This document shows positions 29,544 through 39,159 of a stretch of DNA of 64,000 nucleotides, piece by piece (position 1 is the first letter of the stretch; each line of letters starts with the position of its first letter). A program made the translations under genes and the position numbers. Below the pieces are notes generated by a model, which was given only the letters and a program-made list of their open reading frames with translations, made no database searches and was not told where the DNA came from. The stretch comes from Phycisphaerales bacterium (lineage in GTDB: Bacteria; Planctomycetota; Phycisphaerae; Phycisphaerales; UBA1924): NCBI GenBank assembly GCA_965227775.1, contig OZ245777.1:2272001-2336000 (forward strand), in the 5' to 3' direction.

Positions 29544-30684
29544 TGTAGAGCTCCTGCGCCCGGTGCGTACCCACGCCCAGATCGAGCATGCGGTACGCCG
29601 TCGCGCGCCATTCGTTGGGATCAACGAACGCCTGATCGAGCCCAAGGAAAGGAATCGTTGCGCGATCCTCGCGACCATCGCGCACAAAGCGCGGCCAGCC
29701 GTAGTCCGGGCCGATACCGGCCTGCGCGTGGGCGCTTGCCATGTCTGGAAGCAACGCCTCGATGGCCGCCGAGCCGCGCGCCGTATTGAAATCGCCGACG
29801 ACAACGCCGGGCTGGGGGAAGCCCTGCTCCTCGCGCCGGCGCAGCGGGCCCGCGGCCGTGGGTTCGTGGATGAGGCGCTTCGATTCGTCGATGCGTTCGA
29901 GGGTCTTCGGCACAAAAGCCCGTCGGCTACGACTCGGCGCGCTGGGCCAGTCGATTGCCCAGAGTGTCAATTCCTCGCTGTCGATCTCGACCGTCGCAAA
30001 CATCGCAAACCCATTGTCGATCAGCGTGGGGTCAGGGGTCTTCGCATCTAAAGCGAGCGAGGTCCAACCCGCGGCGGACATCGGTCGGCCGCTGATGATG
30101 ACGAATCTGCCGCCTCGCCGGACGTGCGTGGTGATCGCGGCCGCGGAGATCTCGGCGTCTGCAAGCATCCGGACGATCTCGGGCCAGTCCAGCCTGAGCG
30201 GTGGGTTGGTCAGCACGATGATCGACTCACGATCGTGTTGGAGCGCGAAAGGGTCTGCGTCCCTCAGAAATTGCTGCAGCGCCTCATCGGTGGCTTCGGT
30301 TGCATTCCAGTGGTAGACGCGGATCGCTGTCTCCCCAGGGCGCACAAGCACGGCGTTGTGCAGTCGCCAATGGGCCAGCGCCACATAGGCTAATGCAAGG
30401 GCTGCCGCTGCGATCGGTCCGACTCGCGCCCAGCGTCGCCCCGCGCCTGGGGGCTCCAGCAGGGCCGTCGAAACTGCGAACAACCAGATGGCCAGCAGCC
30501 ACGCCTCGTGGGGCGTCCAGAAGAGCCATTGGCTCCACGAGTGGGCATCGCTGAATGCCCGGCCGAGCGCGAATCCCAGTATGACACCGCACAGACCCAG
30601 CCGGCAAACCCATGCCAGCACACGCCGAATCGTTCGGCGAAACGAACGGCGGATGGGCTCAGGCTGTGTATGAGAGTCGGTCAT
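29479..30684 (-). CDS. Membrane-anchored endonuclease/exonuclease/phosphatase family protein
   Basis: Three N-terminal TM helices, YHWN, VVGDFNT, LDQAFV, GTHR. Confidence 0.75.
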   Translation of the reverse strand: MTDSHTQPEPIRRSFRRTIRRVLAWVCRLGLCGVILGFALGRAFSDAHSWSQWLFWTPHEAWLLAIWLFAVSTALLEPPGAGRRWARVGPIAAAALALAYVALAHWRLHNAVLVRPGETAIRVYHWNATEATDEALQQFLRDADPFALQHDRESIIVLTNPPLRLDWPEIVRMLADAEISAAAITTHVRRGGRFVIISGRPMSAAGWTSLALDAKTPDPTLIDNGFAMFATVEIDSEELTLWAIDWPSAPSRSRRAFVPKTLERIDESKRLIHEPTAAGPLRRREEQGFPQPGVVVGDFNTARGSAAIEALLPDMASAHAQAGIGPDYGWPRFVRDGREDRATIPFLGLDQAFVDPNEWRATAYRMLDLGVGTHRAQELYITRSRRAALRDQQQADPAAAN

Positions 30685-30755
30685 GTGGTAGGAATTCTGT
30701 GCACAGGCCATCGGCCGAGCGAGCGCCGGGGCTGCAGAGGCCGATAGGGTTTGTA

Positions 30756-31727
30756 ATGGTGCGACCTTTGGCCATGTTCGTGCTCTTGCCGGCAATCGCC
30801 CTCGTCTTGTCCGGTTGTGGCGAGGCGACGGCACCCGCATCCGCTGCTCAAGATTCTGTTCGTGCCGAGAGCATCGACGCCGCCCGCGCCGGGATCATCG
30901 CACGAGCATCCTTCGCGACAAGCCCGCCCGGCCATCCGGCTATCGCCTGGCCCCAGTTGGCCGTCGAGATCGAACAGGCGCATATCGAGCTCCAAGGCCT
31001 CCCTCCGCTGGAAGATCCCCTTGGGCCGCTCGACCCGCTGGCCGAACGCATCGGCAGCGATCGGGTGCGTGCCATCGCCCAAGCCCGTTCGCGAGCGCTG
31101 GTTCACCGGGCCGAGTCGGCACGGTTGCTAGCGCGCGGCCAGCCCGATGAGGCCGCCGCAGAGCTCGCCGCGATTCTCGAGATCGCTCGAGAAGTTTCCA
31201 CGTGGGGAGCGCCCGCAACCGCCGAGGCGTCGGCCGACCAGATCGAGTTCGTGCTCGACGCGCTGCAGCAGCCGGACGGTGCGCCACTCGCAAGGGCGCT
31301 GACCAGCTCCGGTGGGCGTGCGTTGCGAGATGCACTCGGTAGACTCGATGCCAACGACCCGGCTGGTCGCATGAGAGCGATCGTCGAGAGCATCGCCGTT
31401 CGCGAGAAGGCCCTCCGTTCGCTCATGGATGGTGACGACGGCCCCGCTTTGGTTCGGGCAGTCGCGACGCGGTATGCGCCCGATGCGGAGTTGGGTTCGA
31501 CTCAAGCAATCGATCGATCGGCACGCGAGGCCATCGCGTTCTCGCGAGCCCTTGCCGATGGCTGGGACAAGACGTCCCGCTCTGCCATCACCAACCGCTT
31601 GCGGGAGCGTCAGGACGAAGATCTAACGGGCGTGCTCGTGGTCTTGCTTGGCGAGGCGCCCGATGCGTGCGACGCGGACGCTGCGCTTCGGGAGCGAATC
31701 GCAGAGATGGTGGGGCGGCTTCCATGA
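30756..31727 (+). CDS. Hypothetical lipoprotein
   Basis: Lipobox VLSGC; TAGGGT 5 nt before the ATG; helical. Confidence 0.7.
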   Translation: MVRPLAMFVLLPAIALVLSGCGEATAPASAAQDSVRAESIDAARAGIIARASFATSPPGHPAIAWPQLAVEIEQAHIELQGLPPLEDPLGPLDPLAERIGSDRVRAIAQARSRALVHRAESARLLARGQPDEAAAELAAILEIAREVSTWGAPATAEASADQIEFVLDALQQPDGAPLARALTSSGGRALRDALGRLDANDPAGRMRAIVESIAVREKALRSLMDGDDGPALVRAVATRYAPDAELGSTQAIDRSAREAIAFSRALADGWDKTSRSAITNRLRERQDEDLTGVLVVLLGEAPDACDADAALRERIAEMVGRLP

Positions 31728-32611
31728 GGCCGGTGGCTCGGATTCTGCTCTTGGTCCTCATGCCCGGGCTCGCGGCCGTGGCGCCGCTGCCGACATCGAG
31801 TTTCGAGCACGTGTTTTCGTATGTGCACGAGGCTGAGAGTGGGCTGAGGCATCGTGTATCCATGGAGCGCGAGTCAGCAACGCAAGCGGCCAACGCCGGC
31901 GAAGCAGAACGCTGGGCGGTTACGGTACTGCTGTTGATCGAGATGGCTCGCAGTGAGAGCGATCCGATCGAGCGCGGCTTGGTTCTGGATGCTGCACTTT
32001 CCCTGCTCACGCGGCATGACTCGCGGCAGCTGATTGCTGCGCTGTCCGCCGAGCGCCGTGGGTCACTTCGCCGGTCTCTGACGTCTCTTGACTCGGAGAA
32101 TCCGGTCGGCCTGCGTGGCTACACGCGCCGGCTGGCGCAGCAGCGTCTGGATGCCGTGCAGCAGCAGGTCTTGAAGGTTGCAGAACCGTTTGCCGGTCTC
32201 GATACCTTGCTAGCAGACCATGGCTCGCATCGCGCAGGAGTCGTTGGACCGCTGGGCCGGCAGCGTGCGGAAGATCTCCGAGAATTTCGGGCGGTGACGC
32301 GGCACGAGGTGTTCGAGTTCGAGGGCATGGCCCGATGGCACGCCCTATTGCCGCCCACCGAAGCGCGTCAGGGCGTACCTCTGGAAGAGCTCGACCGAAA
32401 GTGGCAGCGAGCGCGCAACCTCATGGTGCACAGCGACCGCCTGTGGGCGCACCAGGACGCTCCGCGCCTGCACGACATGCTGTTGGATCTGATGATGCGT
32501 GACGCGACGGGCGTGGTGCGATTGGTGCACGCAGACACCCAGCGGCTGGCGCACGCCGATCGAGAACGTCGCTGGCGGTTGCGTGAGTCGCTGGCGCGAC
32601 TCGGCGAGTAG
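31724..32611 (+). CDS. Hypothetical exported protein, probable paralog of the upstream gene
   Basis: ATGA overlap with upstream gene; signal-like N-terminus; shared LDxxxPxG and DxTGV motifs. Confidence 0.65.
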   Translation: MRPVARILLLVLMPGLAAVAPLPTSSFEHVFSYVHEAESGLRHRVSMERESATQAANAGEAERWAVTVLLLIEMARSESDPIERGLVLDAALSLLTRHDSRQLIAALSAERRGSLRRSLTSLDSENPVGLRGYTRRLAQQRLDAVQQQVLKVAEPFAGLDTLLADHGSHRAGVVGPLGRQRAEDLREFRAVTRHEVFEFEGMARWHALLPPTEARQGVPLEELDRKWQRARNLMVHSDRLWAHQDAPRLHDMLLDLMMRDATGVVRLVHADTQRLAHADRERRWRLRESLARLGE

Positions 32612-32617
32612 GCGCTC

Positions 32618-33202
32618 CTACTCGTTCACGCCCAGGTCGGCCTTGGTGAAGATCGCCCGGAACTGGACGCCGGCCGCCTCGACCGCCTCGCGCGCACCTT
32701 CCTGGCGGTCGATGGTGGTGACGACGCCCGCGATCGCCGCGCCCATCTCGCGGAGCAACTCGACCGCTTCCACGGCCTGTCCACCGCTGGTCGCCACGTC
32801 CTCGAACAAGACCACGGCATCGCCCGACTGCAGCTCGCCCTCGATTTGCTTGGCCGTGCCGTAGTCCTTCTTCGAGTTGCGAACGAAGATCGCGGGCAGG
32901 CCAAGCCGCAGCGAGCAGGCGGTCACGAGCGGGATGCCCCCGAGTTCAGCGCCGGCCAGGCGGTGGGGCGCATCGGGATGGGCACGCAGCAGGTCGGCAG
33001 CCTGTTCTGCGAGAAGGTCGGCCACGGGTCCGAGAAGTTCGGGCTTGGTGCTGAACCGATACTTATCGAGGTAATACGAACTCTGACGGCCCGATCGCAA
33101 CGTGAAGTTGCCGCGCAGCAGGCACGCTTCGGCGATCTTGCCGGCCAGTTCGTTCGGGGCCTGAGAGGGTGACGGACGGGCTGGGGCGTGTGGCGACTCC
33201 AT
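32618..33202 (-). CDS. pyrE: Orotate phosphoribosyltransferase
   Basis: GNFTLRSGRQSSYYLDK, KDYGT, VLFEDVATSG. Start placed at MESPH, with TATCCT 7 nt upstream. Confidence 0.92.
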   Translation of the reverse strand: MESPHAPARPSPSQAPNELAGKIAEACLLRGNFTLRSGRQSSYYLDKYRFSTKPELLGPVADLLAEQAADLLRAHPDAPHRLAGAELGGIPLVTACSLRLGLPAIFVRNSKKDYGTAKQIEGELQSGDAVVLFEDVATSGGQAVEAVELLREMGAAIAGVVTTIDRQEGAREAVEAAGVQFRAIFTKADLGVNE

Positions 33203-33393
33203 GGATGGCAGGATAGGGAGCAGTTCGCTCATCTGCGTGCAGCGACGAGCCGATCGCCCGGGTGAATGCCGTCCGGTCGTTCCGGGTTGGTCGATGACGC
33301 GTGGGCGTCAATGATCCCGTCTAGCTGGTTTCTTCTGCGGCCCGCCGAGGCGTTGCCGCACATGGATCGGATCTCAGGGGAGCGACACAGGAG

Positions 33394-35265
33394 ATGATCA
33401 CGATGACCACTCGACACCGCGCCTTGCCCGGCCTCGGACTCCGCCCTCTGCTGGGCGCCGTGGCGTGCCTCGCGTTGGCTGCGGGTGCGGTGCCCGCCCA
33501 GGCCCAGAACAGCGGCAATTCGCAAGAGGCAAATCCGTTCGCCCCCAAGCCCACCAAGGCGCGGGCGTTGCCGAGCATACTCGAGCGGGACGGCGACGGC
33601 CGCGTGATCCGCTTCGACGGTGATCCCGCCCGCAAGGCCCTTGAGGTCTTGGTACTTCGGGCTGAGCAGCGGCGGATCCTCGAACGCATCATGGCCGAAC
33701 GCGACACGCAGCTGCGCTTGGCCGCTGTGGCCAACGCCGACAAGATCGTCGATGCCCTTGAGGTGGCCCGGGAGGGACGCCAAATGGAGACCGACGCGAT
33801 GGGCCAGTCGCTCATGGCTGCGCTCGGCGAGTTTGGTCGCCGGGGCCAGTTCGCGACCGATGCGGTCGTTCGGGCCGAGGTGGACAGGCCGGTCTACATC
33901 GACTTGAACGCCGTGGTGCGCGAGTACAACCTCGCACGCGTAAGCGAAGATCGGGAGGCGTTGCTTGCGGTCGTGGATAAGGCTGAGATCTCCGAGATCC
34001 TGCTGCGAGACTCGACCATCCTTCAGCGATTGATCCAGCACGATGCCATGATGGATGCGGCCCGGATGCTAGAGGAGGCGTTCGGGGGTTCGGCGGCACT
34101 GGCCGCCGCACACCCTGAGGTGGCCGAGACGATCGATCAGGACGGGTACTGGCCCGCGATGTCCGAGCTAAGCGATGAGCAGTTGGCCCAGTTCGTTCGG
34201 GATCAAACGGGCGTCGAGGTGTTCTTTCCCAGCCCGGTGGGCGGCGCTGCGGCCTTTGAGGGCGCGCTGACCACGCAAGAGCCGGTTGGCCCGCCAGTGG
34301 GTGGTGCTCAAGAGAGCGGGAACGCCGGTGCAGCCGAGCAGGCTCGTCCGCAACGGTCCCGAATCTCGGCGCAGAGCGAGGTATTGCCGGACGCCGACGG
34401 AGTGTACCGGTTTACGGATGAAGAGCTCGAAGTACTTCGAGTCCAGCCCAGCGACGGCCCTTCGATTCTGGAGCGAGGCCCTGACGGCAAGGCCGTTCGG
34501 CTTGCAAAGCCCAGCTTCGTCGAGGCGTACGAGCTCCTGCGATCGCAGGGCAAGGTCAGTGAGGCCGATATCGAGACGCTTGATCGCCTGCTCGCCGACC
34601 GCGATGCGGTTTTCGACGAGCAGGCGCTGCGGTTGTATGAGTTCCTGATCGACGCAGCCGGTCATGGGCCGCTGGAAGAAGCGCCCCTGGAGCAAGCGGC
34701 GCTCGATCAGGAGTGGCGTCTTTCAAGCTTGATGTTCGGCGCATGGTTGAACGAAGAGCTGCCTGCGCCGTCGACCTTCCATAATGACCAACGCATCCGC
34801 AAGGGCATCGACTGGGACACACTCGTCGAGCTGGCTCGCATCGCAAACGAGTACGACGGCGGTCACATTTTCGACGCCCGCATCGAGTTGCTGAAGATGG
34901 TCCGCGACAACGAGGAGATGGATGATGCGGCCGTCGCCCTGCCGGGCAACATCAAGCGGCCGTGGCGACTCCAGCAGATCATCAAGGATGCCAAAGAGTC
35001 GTATGCCCGCCAGCTCCGCGTGACCGAGCCCGACTTCCGCGGCGTGCTCGCCGAGCTCGACGTCAGTCCTGATGTTGCAGTGGAACTCGAGAGCGTGGTT
35101 GCGATGGACGGCCCGATGACCGAAGCCGACTTCTGGGAGGTTGCCGTGAAGTTGCCCGTGGAGGCCCACCGCGAACTCATCAAGGAGCGGACGGGGTACG
35201 AAGCGCCCGAGCCGGGCTTTTTCGAGGGCAAGTATCCGACGCCGACGACGGGCGCCGACGGGTAG
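33394..35265 (+). CDS. Secreted hypothetical protein with internal duplication
   Basis: Signal peptide ending AQA; two homologous halves starting PSILERDGDG and PSILERGPDG. Confidence 0.75.
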   Translation: MITMTTRHRALPGLGLRPLLGAVACLALAAGAVPAQAQNSGNSQEANPFAPKPTKARALPSILERDGDGRVIRFDGDPARKALEVLVLRAEQRRILERIMAERDTQLRLAAVANADKIVDALEVAREGRQMETDAMGQSLMAALGEFGRRGQFATDAVVRAEVDRPVYIDLNAVVREYNLARVSEDREALLAVVDKAEISEILLRDSTILQRLIQHDAMMDAARMLEEAFGGSAALAAAHPEVAETIDQDGYWPAMSELSDEQLAQFVRDQTGVEVFFPSPVGGAAAFEGALTTQEPVGPPVGGAQESGNAGAAEQARPQRSRISAQSEVLPDADGVYRFTDEELEVLRVQPSDGPSILERGPDGKAVRLAKPSFVEAYELLRSQGKVSEADIETLDRLLADRDAVFDEQALRLYEFLIDAAGHGPLEEAPLEQAALDQEWRLSSLMFGAWLNEELPAPSTFHNDQRIRKGIDWDTLVELARIANEYDGGHIFDARIELLKMVRDNEEMDDAAVALPGNIKRPWRLQQIIKDAKESYARQLRVTEPDFRGVLAELDVSPDVAVELESVVAMDGPMTEADFWEVAVKLPVEAHRELIKERTGYEAPEPGFFEGKYPTPTTGADG

Positions 35266-35363
35266 CGGGTCGAGACCGCTGCTGGCGGGGCCAACAATGT
35301 CGGCCCTGCGGCCAATGCCCAGGATTGCACGCAGCCAGCCCGCCTGGCGGGAAGGGGAGATCG

Positions 35364-36263
35364 ATGACTCGCACGTTCCAGAAGCTATCCGTTGGCCTGG
35401 CGATCGGCGCCCTTTCCGCGGCCGCGTTCGCCCAGGCCGCACCCGAGCGTCCGCAGGCTCCCGTGGGCCTGGCGCCGCAGCCCGCCCAGCCGCAGTTCGA
35501 AAACATCTTCACGATGGGTGAGGACGGCATGCCCGTTCCTCCGGCGACGTGGCTCGACATCGCCGCGTTGGCGGTGAACCCGACCATCCCTGTCGACATG
35601 CGTGAGCAGGTCGAGGCGGGCGTGCGCGAGTGGCTCGCGAATGTGCAGCAGCTGATCCTGCAGAACCCGGATCTGGCGGTCGAGGCTGCCCAGGGGCTCT
35701 TCGAGAACATCACCATCGAGGCCCGGGCCGATCTGGCGCACGCCTCGGAGGTCATGAAGGCCTTGGGCTCGGTGACCAACCTGTCGTCGTTCCTGGTGAC
35801 CGAGGGGGTGCTGAGCAACGAGCAGGGCGAGACCAACCGCCGCATCGTGCAGCAATACGTGCGGGCTCGCAGCGACGCCCTCAGCAAGCAGGTCATGGAG
35901 ATGTCGCCCGAAGAGCAACAGGGCCAGATGCAGCTGCTCATGGCCCGTACGACGATGACCAGCCTGACCGACGATGCGCTCCGGATGTTCCGCTCGATCG
36001 CTGTTCGCGGGGCGCCCATGGCTGGCGACGCAATCCGCGACGCCGGCCTCGACGCGTCGAGCTACTCGGCCGAACTCCAGGCCGTTCGAGAGGCGGGCAC
36101 AGACGAGGCCAAGTACGAGGCGATGATCACCCTCATGGACGCCATGGAGGGCATGGAGATCTTCCGCTTTGCCGAGTCGCTGGGCGCGAAGCTGCCGGAA
36201 ATCGAGCTACGCGGCCTCGAGCGCGTGGGCGAGTTGCACGGAGCCGAATCAGAAGAGGGCTGA
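35364..36263 (+). CDS. Secreted hypothetical helical protein
   Basis: SD AGGGGAG; signal peptide ending AFA-Q. Confidence 0.75.
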   Translation: MTRTFQKLSVGLAIGALSAAAFAQAAPERPQAPVGLAPQPAQPQFENIFTMGEDGMPVPPATWLDIAALAVNPTIPVDMREQVEAGVREWLANVQQLILQNPDLAVEAAQGLFENITIEARADLAHASEVMKALGSVTNLSSFLVTEGVLSNEQGETNRRIVQQYVRARSDALSKQVMEMSPEEQQGQMQLLMARTTMTSLTDDALRMFRSIAVRGAPMAGDAIRDAGLDASSYSAELQAVREAGTDEAKYEAMITLMDAMEGMEIFRFAESLGAKLPEIELRGLERVGELHGAESEEG

Positions 36264-36298
36264 GCCATCGGGCGCGGACGCCGGTCATACACTCCGCC

Positions 36299-37894
36299 AT
36301 GCCCACGTTCTACGCGACCACGCCTATCTACTACGTCAATGATCGCCCGCACATCGGGCACTGCTACACAACGCTGTTGGCAGACGTGCTTGCGCGCTTC
36401 CATCGGCTGGCAGGTGATGACGTGCTCATGCTCACGGGCACCGATGAGCACGCGCAGAAGGTGATCGACCGCGCCCAGGATGCGGGCGTGAGCGTGCAGG
36501 CCTGGGCCGACCAGAATGCGCAGGCGTTCCGCGAGGCGTTCGCGTTCATGGAGATCGCCCAGGACGATTTCGTGCGGACGAGCGAGGACCGCCACAAGTC
36601 CCGGGCGAGCGGCTACATCCAGAAACTGGTTGAGAGCGGTGACATCTACCTCGGCGACTACGTCGGCTGGTACGACCCTGGGCAAGAGGAGTACGTCACC
36701 GAGTCGGTTGCCAAGGCGCACGACTACAAAAGCCCAGTGAGCGGCAAGCCGCTCGAGAAGCGCACCGAGCAGAACTACTTCTTCAAGCTCTCGGCGTTCG
36801 AAGACAAGCTCAACGCGCACCTAGAACAGCACCCCCGATTCGTGCAACCCGAAGCGCGGCGCAACGAGGTGCTCGGCCGGCTCCGGCAGGGCCTGCAAGA
36901 CGTGCCTGTCAGTCGTGCGGTCAAGGACGACGACGGCGAGGACTGGGGCATCCGCATGCCCAATGACCCCGGTCACCGGGTGTACGTCTGGATCGAGGCG
37001 CTGTGCAACTACCTCACCGTGGTCGACACGCCCGAGCGCCGGCGCTACTGGCCCGCCTCGATTCACCTGCTCGCGAAGGACATCCTTTGGTTCCACGCCG
37101 TGGTATGGCCGGCGATGCTCATGGCCCTCGATGAGCCGCTGCCCGGCTGCGTGTATGCTCATGCGTACTTTGTTGCCGAGGGACGCAAGATGTCCAAGAG
37201 CATGGGCAACTTCATCGAGATCGATCAGCTGCGAGCGTATGGCGACCGTTTCTCGGTCGATGCCGTCCGCTGGTACCTTGCGACACAAGGCCCGCTGGGC
37301 TCGACCGATGCGGACTTCGCGCACGCGAACTTTGTTGACGTGTACAACGCCGAACTGGCAAACGGGCTTGGTAACTGTGCGAGCCGTGTGGTCAACATGA
37401 TCCACAAGTACTTCGATGGTGAGCTGCCCGATGCACGCGACGCGACCGTGCACGGCGGAGTCGACTGGCCGAACCTGACCGAGGGCCACGTGCAGGCCGC
37501 ACGAGCCCTCTTCGACCAGGTCGACCTGCACGGCGCGGCCCATCAGGGGCTCGCCATCGTGACCGCCGTGGACGGGTACATCAACAACACCGAACCGTTC
37601 AGGCTGGCCAAAAAGATCACCGGTGATGACGATCCGAACCGGGCGGATCTCGCGTTGATCTTGTTCAATTGCGCCGAGGCGCTCCGCATCGCGGCGGCGC
37701 TCTTCATCCCATTCATGCCCCAGAAGTCTGCCGACGTGCTTGGCATGCTCGGGTCGCGGGTTCCCGGTGATGGGGAGCTCGATGCGTTCTGCCGGTGGCG
37801 GGGCCAGTTCGGTCTGCAGTCTGGCTTGCCGGTCACTAAGGGCGAGGCGCTGTTCATGCGGGCCGATTCCGAGGAGCCGGCGCCAACCGCCTGA
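36299..37894 (+). CDS. metG: Methionine--tRNA ligase
   Basis: TTPIYYVN.PHIGH, GTDEH, YVWIEAL, KDILWFH, KMSKS. Start at MPTFY (36299). Confidence 0.95.
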   Translation: MPTFYATTPIYYVNDRPHIGHCYTTLLADVLARFHRLAGDDVLMLTGTDEHAQKVIDRAQDAGVSVQAWADQNAQAFREAFAFMEIAQDDFVRTSEDRHKSRASGYIQKLVESGDIYLGDYVGWYDPGQEEYVTESVAKAHDYKSPVSGKPLEKRTEQNYFFKLSAFEDKLNAHLEQHPRFVQPEARRNEVLGRLRQGLQDVPVSRAVKDDDGEDWGIRMPNDPGHRVYVWIEALCNYLTVVDTPERRRYWPASIHLLAKDILWFHAVVWPAMLMALDEPLPGCVYAHAYFVAEGRKMSKSMGNFIEIDQLRAYGDRFSVDAVRWYLATQGPLGSTDADFAHANFVDVYNAELANGLGNCASRVVNMIHKYFDGELPDARDATVHGGVDWPNLTEGHVQAARALFDQVDLHGAAHQGLAIVTAVDGYINNTEPFRLAKKITGDDDPNRADLALILFNCAEALRIAAALFIPFMPQKSADVLGMLGSRVPGDGELDAFCRWRGQFGLQSGLPVTKGEALFMRADSEEPAPTA

Positions 37895-37903
37895 GGATTC
37901 GCT

Positions 37904-38443
37904 GTGGGCAGGTCACCACCATTTCGATTCCGATCGGCCGTGCACGCCATGTCCGCCCGCGAATATCTCGTGCAGAACGGTGTCCCTGCTGAAGTCGTGG
38001 GTGGCAACAGCGACGGTGCGATGCCGTGGGTGCTCGGTCGGGGGAACGGGCTCTACGAGGTTGTGCTCGCGACGAAGTCGGACGCAGAGTTGGCAAGCTA
38101 CCTGCTCGAGCAATGGGAACGCGAGCCGATGGAGCTCGAGGGCGAGCTCGACGACCAGGCGCTGCCCGATCTGAGCGTGCTCGATCCATCCATGGCGCCC
38201 GCGTGTCTGAACTGCCAGAAGGTACTGCCCTTGATCGCATCGCTCGATGCCTGCCCAGCGTGCGGCACAAGCGTGGATGTCCCCGCTCTCATCGTCGAGG
38301 CGCACGGTCCCGAGGCGTTGCACGAGTGCTACGACGCAACACCCAGCGTCAGCGAACTCGCGTCGCAAGAGCCATGCGGCGCGTGTGGCGGTCCGATCAA
38401 CGAGAAGGGTGCGTGTGGCTGGTGCGGCCGGAGTAGCCGCTGA
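37904..38443 (+). CDS. Hypothetical protein with zinc ribbons
   Basis: CLNC...CPAC and CGAC...CGWC. Confidence 0.65.
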   Translation: MGRSPPFRFRSAVHAMSAREYLVQNGVPAEVVGGNSDGAMPWVLGRGNGLYEVVLATKSDAELASYLLEQWEREPMELEGELDDQALPDLSVLDPSMAPACLNCQKVLPLIASLDACPACGTSVDVPALIVEAHGPEALHECYDATPSVSELASQEPCGACGGPINEKGACGWCGRSSR

Positions 38444-38449
38444 CAGAAC

Positions 38450-38953
38450 TCAAGACGCCAGAGCGGGCTCGTAGCGGTGCAGCTCCACAAGACGGCAGCC
38501 GCCCGGGGACAGGCCTTCTTCGGCGACGAGTGATGCCATCTGGCCGGTTCGCAACGCCGGGCCGGGCATGAGCATGCCGGCCGACATGCCGTGCAGCAGT
38601 ATCGAGACCATGGCCGTCACCGTCGGGTTGTGGCCAACAAGCAGCACCGGGGCGTCGGTGGAGAAGTCATCGAGCGCGGAGATGGCCTCGCTCGCGGCGC
38701 AGGCGGGCAGCAGCAAATCGAGCGTCGTGACACCGATGCCGAGCTCGTCGGCGATCGTCTGCGCGGTTTGCAGGGTGCGGACGGCAGGGCTCGCCAGGAT
38801 GCGGCGAGGGCGTTCGGGCGGCAACAGGCCGCTGATGTGGCTGGCGAGAAAGCGGGCCTGGAGGCGGCCCTCACGCGTCAGCGGGCGATCGATGTCGAGG
38901 CCCGTAACCGAGTTCGACTCGGCCTGGGCGTGACGGCAGACGTGGAAGTGCAT
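38450..38953 (-). CDS. sixA: SixA-like histidine phosphatase
   Basis: RHAQA, DRPLT..G, SPAVRTLQTA, LVGHNP. Confidence 0.82.
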   Translation of the reverse strand: MHFHVCRHAQAESNSVTGLDIDRPLTREGRLQARFLASHISGLLPPERPRRILASPAVRTLQTAQTIADELGIGVTTLDLLLPACAASEAISALDDFSTDAPVLLVGHNPTVTAMVSILLHGMSAGMLMPGPALRTGQMASLVAEEGLSPGGCRLVELHRYEPALAS

Positions 38954-39159
38954 TGCAAGAAACCCCCGATCGGCACCATCCTCGCGCCCTCCTGCACACA
39001 GTCTCGCCGATCGCAGTGCTCAACGCAATACCAAACTCTACCCAAATAGGGAGAATCTTGTCGGTTGGGCCGGGGAACTTCGCTGTGTTCGGGGTTGCAT
39101 CGGAATGGAAGATGGGCGAAACTGCATGGTGGCGACAGCGCGACAAGGGGAGGCGAGGA

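Noticed and set aside
35630..36298. Apparent 223-aa N-terminal extension of MetRS
   Set aside because: Overlaps gene 35364-36263 in another frame; MetRS homology and a TACACT box place the start at 36299.
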